From Myxococcales bacterium (lineage in GTDB: Bacteria; Myxococcota; Kuafuiibacteriia; Kuafuiibacteriales; Kuafuiibacteriaceae), in NCBI GenBank assembly GCA_019634385.1, contig JAHQVK010000069.1, forward strand, positions 22,182 to 86,181: a stretch of DNA of 64,000 nt, written 5' to 3'. This document shows positions 27,550-36,225 of the stretch, piece after piece. Positions within the stretch are counted from its first letter, which is position 1; each line of letters starts with the position of its first letter. A program made the translations under genes and the position numbers. Under the pieces are notes generated by a model. The model did no database searches. It saw only the letters and a list, made by a program, of their open reading frames with translations, and was not told the origin of the DNA.

Positions 27550-28740
27550 ATGAGCGCGAGAAGCGCCAATGCGAAGCGACAGCAACGCGTCTATGATGGG
27601 TATCAAAGTGCGGACATATCCGCAGGACTCGGTTCTTCAATGAGGAAAAAGTCTGCGGCCAAATCCACGGCCGCCTCACCAACGCGCAACAGCGCAGCCA
27701 CTCGTAAGAAGTCGTCGGCGGCTGCCAAAACGAAGGCGCAAGGGGTGGTATCAACCCCACCGATTACGGAAGGGAGAAAAGTTGCCCCTAAGAAAACGGC
27801 GACCACTCGAAAGAAAATGAGTGGGCAAAAGTGGGCAGTGGTCCGAAAAAAGACGGTAACCACGATGCTGGGCAATCTTGAACCGAGTCGGGAGCCGGCT
27901 CCGGTTGTGGCCGCCCCCAAGCGACAGGTCCAGACTAAGGTGGAAAAGGCCCCGCCTGCACCAGAAAAGGTGACCGCGGAGGCAGTGACAAAGGTTGCTA
28001 GTGTAGCAACCGATGTGCGTACGGCCCCTCCTCCTAAGGCTGCCAAATCGACGAAGGCTCTGACGAACCAGGGCTCGATCAGTGCCCGTACGGATTCGGC
28101 TCCATTGGCTTCGGCGGCAACTAAGGAAGCGCCGGCTAAACCTAAGGTATTGCGGTATGCCCGAGGTGAAGGGCGAAAGGCTGACCGCCAGCGATTGGGG
28201 ACAAACGGTTCAACACCGCGGGTGGCATCTGCACCAAGCCCCCTGGCTGGTACAATGCCTCGAGAAAAAATGAGTGTCGCGGCGCACCAAAGAGCCATGG
28301 CTGAGGAGGCGTTCTCTCGTATTGCTCCTGGGTTGAGTGCAGCGTCATCGGCTGAGGAGGAGCCTTCCATGGACAAACCTCAGCATCGAGGGGGACCGCC
28401 AGCTTTTCACCGGTCGGAATTCCAAATTCGTTACAGTCAGCAAGATCAGCTTGCGACTGCGATTCGTCTTGGGAAAACCAAGCGGGATGTGAGGATGGCG
28501 GCCTCAGAGCTTGTGGAGCAGTTTGGCAAGTTACCTCCAGACCAGGCGGTCTTGATAAGAGTTCTGGAGATACCGAACGATGCTCTGCTCGAGAAAGCGC
28601 TCGATGAACTCTTGGAGTTGGATGGTCGAGGCAAGGTCCGGCAAAGCCCGGAGCTCATGAAGGCTATTCGCGGTATTCAGAGCAAAAGCGCAGTTGTGCG
28701 AGAGTTGGTAGAGCTGCTTGATGAGAAATTAGGTTCGTAG
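27550..28740 (+). CDS. Hypothetical protein with a Lys/Ala/Thr-rich (histone H1-like) N-terminal half and a helical C-terminal domain
   Basis: GAAGAGG lies 6 nt before ATG 27550, on the same strand as purL. Low-complexity KKSAAKSTAAS..RKKSSAAAKTKAQ..KKTATTRKK. I recognise no family for the C-terminal roughly 120 aa. Confidence 0.5.
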   Translation: MSARSANAKRQQRVYDGYQSADISAGLGSSMRKKSAAKSTAASPTRNSAATRKKSSAAAKTKAQGVVSTPPITEGRKVAPKKTATTRKKMSGQKWAVVRKKTVTTMLGNLEPSREPAPVVAAPKRQVQTKVEKAPPAPEKVTAEAVTKVASVATDVRTAPPPKAAKSTKALTNQGSISARTDSAPLASAATKEAPAKPKVLRYARGEGRKADRQRLGTNGSTPRVASAPSPLAGTMPREKMSVAAHQRAMAEEAFSRIAPGLSAASSAEEEPSMDKPQHRGGPPAFHRSEFQIRYSQQDQLATAIRLGKTKRDVRMAASELVEQFGKLPPDQAVLIRVLEIPNDALLEKALDELLELDGRGKVRQSPELMKAIRGIQSKSAVVRELVELLDEKLGS

Positions 28741-28774
28741 TTAGCTTTTCAGGACAACACCTAACGAGTACATC

Positions 28775-29377
28775 GTGGGTGTGGCGCGATGGTGGGCACC
28801 CTTAGGGCTTATTTGGCTGGAGTGGTTGCTCAGCGCGTACGTGATAGAGAAAAAGCTCCCCAGAGAGCTGCGGGATACGGCTTCGCCGGTCCTTACGGGG
28901 GCGATGATCACGCTTCCGCTACTGTCTATGCTGTTGTTAGCCGTCCTACGTCGGATCGACCGGAGGGGGGATGGGTACCTGATCGTTCTATGGGGAATGA
29001 CGTTCTTTTTTGTGGTCCATGCCTTGGTTCTATCGGTGGTGAGTGGCATCCTACCTGAACTTCATCCCTCTCTGATGGTGGCTACGGGGATTTGGCTCCT
29101 TGGCATGGGAATACTCCTGCCTCTTCTTCCCGTAGGAAGTCCGATGGGACTACATTGTCGGGCGCTTGTGACCAATCCTGGGCGTTGGTGCCATATCCAT
29201 CGTTGGCTGGGTGCTGGGGTCGTGGTATCTGGCGTGGGTTTAGTGGGGAGCGGTTGCTTCGATCAGCGATCAGCGATAGCGGTGATTGTGGCATTGCTTC
29301 CCGCCTTGGCTGCGGGCATTTACGCCGCTCACACGGTAAGAACGCTGACCTCGTTATTGAACAAATCCACTGAGTGA
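28775..29377 (+). CDS. Integral membrane protein (possibly SdpI/YhfL-like)
   Basis: 200-aa ORF with 5-6 hydrophobic helices. The loop GLHCRALVTNPGRWCHIHRWLG loosely resembles the SdpI-family motif. Weak assignment. Confidence 0.45.
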   Translation: MGVARWWAPLGLIWLEWLLSAYVIEKKLPRELRDTASPVLTGAMITLPLLSMLLLAVLRRIDRRGDGYLIVLWGMTFFFVVHALVLSVVSGILPELHPSLMVATGIWLLGMGILLPLLPVGSPMGLHCRALVTNPGRWCHIHRWLGAGVVVSGVGLVGSGCFDQRSAIAVIVALLPALAAGIYAAHTVRTLTSLLNKSTE

Positions 29378-29459
29378 GCGTCATAGCCTTCGAAGAAGGG
29401 CTACGACCACCCGCCTTGACGTGGTAGCGTTCGGTTCGTTAGCCCACAGAGACTACATC

Positions 29460-30029
29460 ATGATGACGACTCATAAGATGATACCTGCGCTGGTTTTTTT
29501 TCTGACGGCCACGTCTGCGCTGCCCGCGCTGGCCGCTAAGGATGATCTCATTGGTTATGTAGACATCCGGCGCGCCATGGCTGAAGTTGAAGACGGTAAA
29601 CGGGCCAAGAAAGAACTGGAGACGACCTTTAATAGTAAGCAGACTGCTCTTAGGAAGCAAGAGGCTGAGTTGGAGGCGATGAAAAAGCGCCTTGAAGGTC
29701 CTAGTGTTGATCAGGATGACCCCGCGGTTCGTGAACAGATTCTCGAGTTTCAAAGGAAATTCAATGCGCTTCGTCAGCGGTTGGTCAAGGAACAGCAGGA
29801 GTTCGAAACCCTACAGTCGAAGGCGTTCTCTGAAATCACGACCAAACTGCAGGCCATCATCAAGACCATAGGCAAAAGCCAAGGATATACCATGATAATG
29901 GAAGTTCAAGGCTCCAGTCTGCTTTTTGCCAAGCCGCACTTAGATCTGACCAACGAAGTTATTCGTCGCTACAACCAAGGTGAGAAATCGGGCTCTAAGC
30001 GCAGAAGAGGTCGAAAAAGAAAAAAATAG
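29460..30029 (+). CDS. skp: OmpH/Skp-family periplasmic chaperone
   Basis: Signal peptide ALVFFLTATSALPALAA followed by a coiled-coil region, IGYVDIRRAMAEVEDGKRAKKELE...FQRKFNALRQRLVKEQQE, typical of OmpH. Start chosen at ATG 29460. Confidence 0.75.
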   Translation: MMTTHKMIPALVFFLTATSALPALAAKDDLIGYVDIRRAMAEVEDGKRAKKELETTFNSKQTALRKQEAELEAMKKRLEGPSVDQDDPAVREQILEFQRKFNALRQRLVKEQQEFETLQSKAFSEITTKLQAIIKTIGKSQGYTMIMEVQGSSLLFAKPHLDLTNEVIRRYNQGEKSGSKRRRGRKRKK

Positions 30030-30135
30030 AAGCCTGACCAACCTGTTGTCTTCTTCCTCGCGAATCCCGCAAATTTTTTGGTTTCCTAGTGAGTTCTGGA
30101 TCGAATGCAAACTGCCGAACGAGGCAAGTATTTTC

Positions 30136-30264
30136 ATGAACAACGATGGTGCCGAAATCTCAGGGGCAGAAATGGATATCAGACTAGAAATCTACGACTT
30201 TCTGAATGAAGATGAAATTCTGAACCATGCGGACATTGTAATTAAAAAGATCGCTGGAAAATGA
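30136..30264 (+). CDS. Possible small acidic protein (42 aa)
   Basis: ATG 30136 opens MNNDGAEISGAEMDIRLEIYDFLNEDEILNHADIVIKKIAGK. ATGA overlap with the next ORF. Weak RBS, lower G+C than the surroundings. Confidence 0.2.
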   Translation: MNNDGAEISGAEMDIRLEIYDFLNEDEILNHADIVIKKIAGK

Positions 30265-30533
30265 GGAGAAAATCACAAAGCCATCACCTCGTTATCGATG
30301 ACTCAGAAAACTGTGTGACATTGAGGGTCGATGACTGGGAGCTATTTGATTTCATAGAGGATCACCTGACCGCTCACGACCTCGAACAGGAGCACCATAC
30401 GGAAGAACAGGTTGGCGGCGTCCGTTGGTATGTTCTGCATTTCTGCAGCAGTGTAGATCCTGCCCGCCTGAAGAAAGTTTTGGATTTACTCGATCCTGAA
30501 GAGATTGAGCGGATTTGGCTAATTAACAACTGA
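30261..30533 (+). CDS. Hypothetical acidic protein (90 aa)
   Basis: Track ORF with no recognisable family. Overlaps the preceding small ORF by 4 nt. Confidence 0.35.
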   Translation: MRRKSQSHHLVIDDSENCVTLRVDDWELFDFIEDHLTAHDLEQEHHTEEQVGGVRWYVLHFCSSVDPARLKKVLDLLDPEEIERIWLINN

Positions 30534-30595
30534 GCTTTGCTCCTGGCCCCTGGCAGAAACTCGAAGGCCAATCCGTTTAGTTTGAGTGTCGTCCA

Positions 30596-30803
30596 AAATA
30601 GCTAATGACTGAAGGTGGCACGACCTTTCCGCCAGCCTTATGGCAGAAAACGGCGCAAAAGCGGGAGCGCCAGGCGATCACAGGCAGGCGTGGCCGGTTT
30701 CGGGCGCATTGCCCGCGCTACAGGACGAGGCCGTTCCTTCCGGACCTGGCGAGTAGCCCAGACCCGCGAAGCGCCTAACTCACTTTTCCGATGGCCTGCT
30801 AGT
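30596..30803 (-). repeat. Family D repeat, copy D2 (one terminus nearly identical to D1 (one mismatch); interior different; far end degenerate)
   Basis: The reverse complement of 30761-30803 is actagcaggccatcggaaaagtgagttaggcgcttcgcgggtc, matching the D1 5' end with one mismatch. The remaining sequence is not alignable to D1 by eye. Confidence 0.65.
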
Positions 30804-30948
30804 GTCCTTTAGTCCGCAAAGGCTACAGAAACAGGCCCCGTTAGACGTGAATCCGTGGTTAGCTGATATTTTTTGGGCTCGGCGATACGCTCGCTGCCCG
30901 AGAGGCTCCCTTCGAGGCGGACCGAAGATCACCTGATATTGAGGCGAA

Positions 30949-31005
30949 TACAGCAGAAATCCCTTGGGTAGAACCCAAATTCCTGCTCTCCGCGCGGCTA
31001 TGCCT
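30949..31005 (-). repeat. Family A repeat, copy A6 (truncated; abuts the stop codon of the RlmN/Cfr paralog)
   Basis: tacagcagaaatcccttgggtagaacccaaattcctgctctccgcgcggctatgcc, after which similarity is lost at the gene's TAG (31009-31011). Confidence 0.7.
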
Positions 31006-31008
31006 AAG

Positions 31009-32043
31009 CTAGATGATTCCTCGCTTTGTGGGCAGTCTACTGGTGGCAAGCTGGCCGCAGGCTGCTTGCTCGTCTTGGCCCCGAGCCGTGCGAACTTTCG
31101 TAAAATACCCAGCTTGTTGAAGATGTTGGGCAAAGTTCTGCACTTTGGTCTCCGAAGCTCGAGCTAATCCCCGCTGGGTAGGATTGAGGGGTAGAAGATT
31201 AAAACGAACCTCCGTAGGGAAGTCCCGAAGAAGTAGAGCGGCTGCCTCTGCATCGTCAGGTTGGTCATTGAATCCTTCGATGAGGGCCATTTCAACAAAT
31301 ATAGGGTCTTTCCGATGCTGAAACAGACTCCGGAAGGCCCCCAGGAGCTCAATAACTGAGTGTTGTTGGGTCGGCACCAAAGCTCGCCGAACGTCATCTC
31401 GTGCGGCATGGAGAGACCAGGCTACCCGGGTTGAGCATTGGTCCAGTAAACCAACGGCCTTTGGACTAGGTGCAACGGTAGATACCGTGATGTGTTTCGG
31501 GCCGAAACCAAAGCCTCGGCCATCGGTCAACGTGATGAGCGAGGAGTGGACTGCAGTCCAGTTGTCTAGGGGCTCGCCCATGCCCATAAAAACGAGGTTG
31601 CGAAGGTTGGGGAGGCCTTCCTCATGGACCACCTGAAGGCCGTGATACACTTGAGCGATAATGTGCTCAATCGGCAGCTGGGCTTGAAGTCCCATGGTTG
31701 CAGTGAGGCAGAATCGACAGCCTCGAGCACATCCGACCTGGGTAGACAGACATAGGGTAGTCCGACTGGGATTGGGAATGAGCACACATTCCACCGCATA
31801 CCCCCTAGTAAAATGGAGCAGCATCTTGATGGTCCCGTCTCGTGCGCTTCGTCGATCGGTCTCACGAAAGTCGGGTGGATGCACGGTCTCTAGGAGTTTT
31901 TTACGTACCTTCTGGGAAAGACTGGGATCTTTAAATGGATCGACCCCCTGGGCTAGGCGAGAAAAGACCATGCGTGCCCGCCCGGTTCCTTCAAGGAGTT
32001 CGGCTAGGCGACGGGGAGCTAAGCTCAGAAGGGGGGATCTCAT
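31009..32043 (-). CDS. RlmN/Cfr-family radical-SAM RNA methyltransferase, divergent second paralog
   Basis: 344-aa ORF with TLCLSTQVGCARGCRFCLTATMG (upstream Cys plus CxxxCxxC), FMGMGEPLDN and C-terminal AACGQL, all hallmarks of RlmN/Cfr methyl synthases. Confidence 0.8.
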   Translation of the reverse strand: MRSPLLSLAPRRLAELLEGTGRARMVFSRLAQGVDPFKDPSLSQKVRKKLLETVHPPDFRETDRRSARDGTIKMLLHFTRGYAVECVLIPNPSRTTLCLSTQVGCARGCRFCLTATMGLQAQLPIEHIIAQVYHGLQVVHEEGLPNLRNLVFMGMGEPLDNWTAVHSSLITLTDGRGFGFGPKHITVSTVAPSPKAVGLLDQCSTRVAWSLHAARDDVRRALVPTQQHSVIELLGAFRSLFQHRKDPIFVEMALIEGFNDQPDDAEAAALLLRDFPTEVRFNLLPLNPTQRGLARASETKVQNFAQHLQQAGYFTKVRTARGQDEQAACGQLATSRLPTKRGII

Positions 32044-32160
32044 GGGTATTTCTGGATGAAGGTCTTGGAGGTGGTGGTCAAGATGGCTTGTATTGCTAGT
32101 GGCGAGGTTGGAGTTCGACCGCTGAATGCTAGGTAAACCTGCGATGAAGAGAGAACAAGG

Positions 32161-34893
32161 ATGAGTACTAACTATAAAATATGCCCCGCTGTTGCCATGA
32201 TTACCACCAATTGGATGGGGCTAAGCCTCTTGCTTGGCGGGTTGGGGCCTTATTTGTGGGGTGGACAGCCGGTGGGGGATCTGAGCTGGCTCAAGCTGGT
32301 GCCAAGAGCACAAGCGCAGCCCACGGTATCTTCATCGCAAGGTGTCTCAAACAAACAGCCGCAGACTACGGTTGCTCCACCCGGTCATCGAGCGTTGACT
32401 ATCGAGGCCTCAGCCGACGGTCAGTTGGCAGCAGGACGGAAAGCAGCGAAGAACAAGGTTGTGCGAGCTGCATCCCCTTTTACCTGTCCAGTAAATGAGT
32501 CGAGGGTCTATTTTTGTGATGACTTCGAAGATGGCGTATTCAGGGATACTTGGGATGACCGTATTTCTACTTATGGACTTTCTAATCCTGGGATATGGGA
32601 TGTGCTAGACGAGGGTGAAGCAGGACGTTCACTTCGTTTTACGGCTGGTGCCCGGGGTAGTGAGCTTCACCAAGGTGAGCTTCTTGTGGTGAGAGCATCA
32701 GCCTTTGATTCTATTCCCGATAACTATTACTTGGAATACAAAATTCGGCCCAGAGCTAATAGTAATACCGGAAACAAGTATGTTTTTGCTATGCTTCGCT
32801 ACCAGGAACCCATGGCGTGGTATTTTGGGGGGCTAAACTTACAAAATCAAACAGAGCTAACCCAGATAGAATCTGGGCGCGCGGTGTTTGGTGGTGTTGA
32901 GCAAAAATTCATAGTAAAAAAACCGATTGAGATGGGTACTGTAAATGATATTGATGGCCGTTGGTATACCGTACGCATAGATGTGTTTGGTAATAAACTT
33001 ACTACGTATCTCGATGGGATCGAGCTAGGATCTTGGGAAGACGACGCCTCAACCTATAGTGGCGCCGGTCAGATCGGATTTTTTACCTACAACCGATCAT
33101 TTGAGCTCGCATATGTGAAAGTTGGGGATCCGAAGTACAAGCCGGTTCAGTTGATTCTCGATGACCCTCGTTCCCGCTGGGTTATGGCTGCGGACCATGA
33201 TCCTTTGGTGTTCCATGTGACTGCGATCCAAAGTGACCGGATAACCAACGACACCTTTAGCGCGGTATCGAGTGATGAATCGGTGGTGTCTGTTGTTCAA
33301 GAGGGAGATATATTGACGTTGACCCCAGTTGCTAAGGGGAAGGCTAAGGTGCAGGTCATTGCTGGTTCGGACCCCAGTGTGGTGCGGACCATCGAGATAG
33401 AGATCGAAGCACCGTGGGTGATGCCCAAGGTGGACTATGGGCGAATTCGTCATCGGGTCTCGCCGCGACCTCCTCGTTGGTGGTGGCCGCAGTCCGGTGA
33501 GAATCCGGATGTCCGATTGTCAGTGATATTTGATAACGAGCCCACGTTAGGCAGTTCTGGTGACGTCCGGATCTATGAGGCTAACTCGGGTGTCTTAGTG
33601 GATAGGATCCGCGTCGGACAAGAAACAGAAAAGGTTGGATATCTAGGGCAGTCCTCCCTGCGGGAGCTCAAGACGTCGCTCATCTTTTTGGAGGGCAAGC
33701 AACTTACCATTGCACCTCATAGCCAAGCCCTGGGATACAATACTCGGTACGTGGTGGCGATCGGCGAAGATGTTGTTTTGGGAGCAAAACTGAATGACGT
33801 AGACTTCAGGGGGTTGGGCAAGAATGCGGGCTGGTACTTTAACACCAAAAAACACGGCCCCTCAGTGATGAAGACTCATGTAGAGGTAGATGCCTCTTCT
33901 GCGCAAGCTGACTTTGCCACTGTTCAGGGAGCTTTAGACTGGATGATGGAGCATAAGACCGAAGATGAAAAAGTCACGGTAAATGTGAGGGATGGTATCT
34001 ATCATGAACTTCTTTACCTGAGCGGCAAAAATAATGTTGATATTGTGGGCCAAAGTCGGGATGGGACCATTGTCCAAGGGATCAACTATGACGGTCTTAA
34101 TGGAGGAACTACCGCTCGTCCTCTGTTTCTGGTTGAACAGGTGGATATGTTGACCCTCGACTCGTTGACTATTCGAAACCTACACGTTCGAAGTGGAGCG
34201 GGTGATCAGGCAGAGACACTATATTTTAACTCCGATAAACGTTTGGTAGTGATAAACTCCGCCTTTTATTCCGAGCAAGACACGCTAAATCTTAGGGGCT
34301 ATGCGTGGTTTTATAAGTCCCTAGTTGTGGGTAACGTTGATTTTATTTGGGGAAGTAGTGTGGCTGCACTTTTTGAGCGAGTAGAGATTCGAACGGTTGG
34401 TGATTCTAAGAGTGCCTTGTCGACCAGTCGCGGGGGATATGTTCTTCAAGCTAGGGTGCAGCACGCATCAGATCCTGGATATATATTTCTACATTGTAAA
34501 TTGACCCATGGGGCGGGCCCGAAAGGGGTAACGGTTGAGCCCGGTACCACTTATCTAGCCCGATCTTCAGGACGTAAATCTTACTTTGACAATATTGCGT
34601 TTATATATACTGCGATGGATTCACATATTGCTTCCATCGGTTGGGCTGAAGAAGGAGTTGAGGGGCAGCCGGCACCTCATCCTGCGAAAGCCACACCGGA
34701 CGGGGGCTGGCGGGAGTTTGGCACCATGAATATTGAAGGTCGTCCGCTAGATGTGGCAGGCCGATGTGGAGATGGTAGCAGTTGTAGTCTTTTGTCGGAG
34801 CAGGAAGTGGAGGAGCGTTACAGTGATCGGTCCAAGATCTTTGCTGGTTTTAACGATGGCGAGGGCTGGAATCCGTCTCCAGCTAAAAAATAG
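32161..34893 (+). CDS. Large secreted pectin methylesterase (CE8) with N-terminal LamG/DUF1080-like and Big_2-like domains
   Basis: 910-aa ORF. The C-terminal half carries the pectinesterase motifs DGIYHE, QDTLNLRG and GNVDFIWG. The N-terminal part has a concanavalin-like segment (GRWYTVRIDVFGNKLTTYLDG) and an Ig-like segment (SVVSVVQEGDILTLTPVAKGKAKVQV). Confidence 0.8.
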   Translation: MSTNYKICPAVAMITTNWMGLSLLLGGLGPYLWGGQPVGDLSWLKLVPRAQAQPTVSSSQGVSNKQPQTTVAPPGHRALTIEASADGQLAAGRKAAKNKVVRAASPFTCPVNESRVYFCDDFEDGVFRDTWDDRISTYGLSNPGIWDVLDEGEAGRSLRFTAGARGSELHQGELLVVRASAFDSIPDNYYLEYKIRPRANSNTGNKYVFAMLRYQEPMAWYFGGLNLQNQTELTQIESGRAVFGGVEQKFIVKKPIEMGTVNDIDGRWYTVRIDVFGNKLTTYLDGIELGSWEDDASTYSGAGQIGFFTYNRSFELAYVKVGDPKYKPVQLILDDPRSRWVMAADHDPLVFHVTAIQSDRITNDTFSAVSSDESVVSVVQEGDILTLTPVAKGKAKVQVIAGSDPSVVRTIEIEIEAPWVMPKVDYGRIRHRVSPRPPRWWWPQSGENPDVRLSVIFDNEPTLGSSGDVRIYEANSGVLVDRIRVGQETEKVGYLGQSSLRELKTSLIFLEGKQLTIAPHSQALGYNTRYVVAIGEDVVLGAKLNDVDFRGLGKNAGWYFNTKKHGPSVMKTHVEVDASSAQADFATVQGALDWMMEHKTEDEKVTVNVRDGIYHELLYLSGKNNVDIVGQSRDGTIVQGINYDGLNGGTTARPLFLVEQVDMLTLDSLTIRNLHVRSGAGDQAETLYFNSDKRLVVINSAFYSEQDTLNLRGYAWFYKSLVVGNVDFIWGSSVAALFERVEIRTVGDSKSALSTSRGGYVLQARVQHASDPGYIFLHCKLTHGAGPKGVTVEPGTTYLARSSGRKSYFDNIAFIYTAMDSHIASIGWAEEGVEGQPAPHPAKATPDGGWREFGTMNIEGRPLDVAGRCGDGSSCSLLSEQEVEERYSDRSKIFAGFNDGEGWNPSPAKK

Positions 34894-35116
34894 GCCCCGT
34901 AAGTGGCATAGATAGAGGTTCTATGTCATTGTCAACCAACAGCTCCTGTAAGCATGCACTTGGAGTTCTTGGGTTAAAGGCGTGTCTTTAATTCGTCCTG
35001 GCTGAACTTGAATGTTCAGTGATCGAGGGGAGTCCTCATGTAACCGATGGCCTCTCAGTCAGGGGGCTATGACTAGCCGTTCGAGTTCGAATGTTTAGTT
35101 AAAACAGAATTTTAAC

Positions 35117-35229
35117 TAAAGCATAAATCCCTTAGGTTGAACCCAAGTTTCTGCTTCGCAGCGGGGCTATGCCCGGGTGCGCGACCCCTTGTTGATTCTT
35201 ATAGAATCAATTCAAGTGGTGTTTGTTGT
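35117..35229 (-). repeat. Family A repeat, copy A7
   Basis: taaagcataaatcccttaggttgaacccaagtttctgcttcgcagcggggctatgcccgggtgcgcgaccccttgttgattcttatagaatcaattcaagtggtgtttgttgt. Confidence 0.85.
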
Positions 35230-35247
35230 GAACAGGGGAGATGAATC

Positions 35248-35430
35248 TAGGGTGTGTCTTTACTCTTCGGCGTCGGAGATGACGCGGTCTCCCGCGTGTG
35301 TGAGGGTTCGACCCCGGAGGGAAGGTACCGGATGTACTTGGGCGGGGGGCCCGAAAGGGTGGCGAAGCCACCCCCTCACAAACGCAGGATACAAGTCAGA
35401 ACGCGGTCCGGAGGTTAAAGACTCGCCCTA
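35248..35430 (-). repeat. Family B repeat, copy B3
   Basis: tagggtgtgtctttactcttcggcgtcggagatgacgcggtctcccgcgtgtgtgagggttcgaccccggaggg...caagtcagaacgcggtccggaggttaaagactcgcccta. Confidence 0.85.
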
Positions 35431-35611
35431 GAGTGCCTATTTTGATTGCAGAGAACGTCTCAGCTAGGAAGCCTGCCGAGGAGCCGAGCGCGGGATCTAA
35501 CCGTGCGGCGTTGGTATTCAAACCTCTCTCTGGTAGCCGCAGCTTGGTTGGGGACCTTAGCCATAGCTAGACGGTTTCGAGGGCATAGCTAACTGACCGA
35601 CAGATCCCTAA

Positions 35612-35723
35612 TCCAGCAAAGGCCCCTTGTTGATTCTGTAAGAAACACCAAGGGGTCGCGCCGCGGGGCATGGCGTGGCGTAGAAGCAGGAACTTGGGTT
35701 CAACCCAAGTGATTTCTGCTGTG
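35612..35723 (+). repeat. Family A repeat, copy A8
   Basis: tccagcaaaggccccttgttgattctgtaagaaacaccaaggggtcgcgccgcggggcatggcgtggcgtagaagcaggaacttgggttcaacccaagtgatttctgctgtg. Confidence 0.85.
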
Positions 35724-35889
35724 AGAGGAGTGATCGCAGATCATGGGTATTCGCCGAAAAAAGGGAGCGTTATGGACCGTGTCCGAGGGTAAAGACCCGC
35801 TCTCTTCAGTGAAGAGTCATAGATCACGTTTGATGGTAAGAACCGCTCCAAAATAGGTTCTTTCGTAGAGCTAGGAGATCAGTCTCCGC

Positions 35890-35978
35890 TACAGCAAACC
35901 CGGTTGGGTTGAACAGAAGCTCCTGCGGCTATGCATAGCTTTGCCGTGCTTAGCGACCATTTAAGAGTTTGTTTGTGA
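35890..35978 (-). repeat. Family A repeat, copy A9 (degenerate)
   Basis: tacagcaaacccggttgggttgaacagaagctcctgcggctatgcatagc...gcgaccatttaagagtttgtttgtg. Only partial similarity; ends approximate. Confidence 0.5.
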
Positions 35979-36153
35979 TGCGGCTGGTTCCATTCAACTA
36001 GCTTGTCCGATCTGCTTGCTGGAGTGCAGCATGGTTTGAGTCTATTTCGTGTTGTGTACTTCCGTAGCTTGACTCAGAGAACCACTTTGCAAAGTATGAA
36101 GATGTCAGTAGGGATTGCCTACGATTGTGACAATAAAAGATTGGAGGTAACCA

Positions 36154-36225
36154 ATGTGGATTGCACCTAAGGCTAAAAAGTTACGATTTGGTTTTGAAGC
36201 CAAGATGTACGTAGCTACACGATAA
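36154..36225 (+). CDS. pqqA: Coenzyme PQQ precursor peptide PqqA (23 aa)
   Basis: Too short for the ORF track. GGAGG lies 6 nt upstream of the ATG. The peptide MWIAPKAKKLRFGFEAKMYVATR matches the PqqA pattern MWxxPxxxxLRxGFExxMYxxxR, with the cross-linked Glu and Tyr spaced E-x-x-x-Y. Located directly upstream of pqqB. Confidence 0.9.
   Translation: MWIAPKAKKLRFGFEAKMYVATR

Noticed and set aside
27603-28376. 257-aa minus-strand ORF antisense to the 27550..28740 gene
   Set aside because: This is a GC-rich region open on both strands. The minus-strand product is Ala/Gly/Val/Arg-rich junk-like with no RBS. The plus-strand ORF has a good SD, is co-directional with its neighbours and has a structured C-terminal domain.
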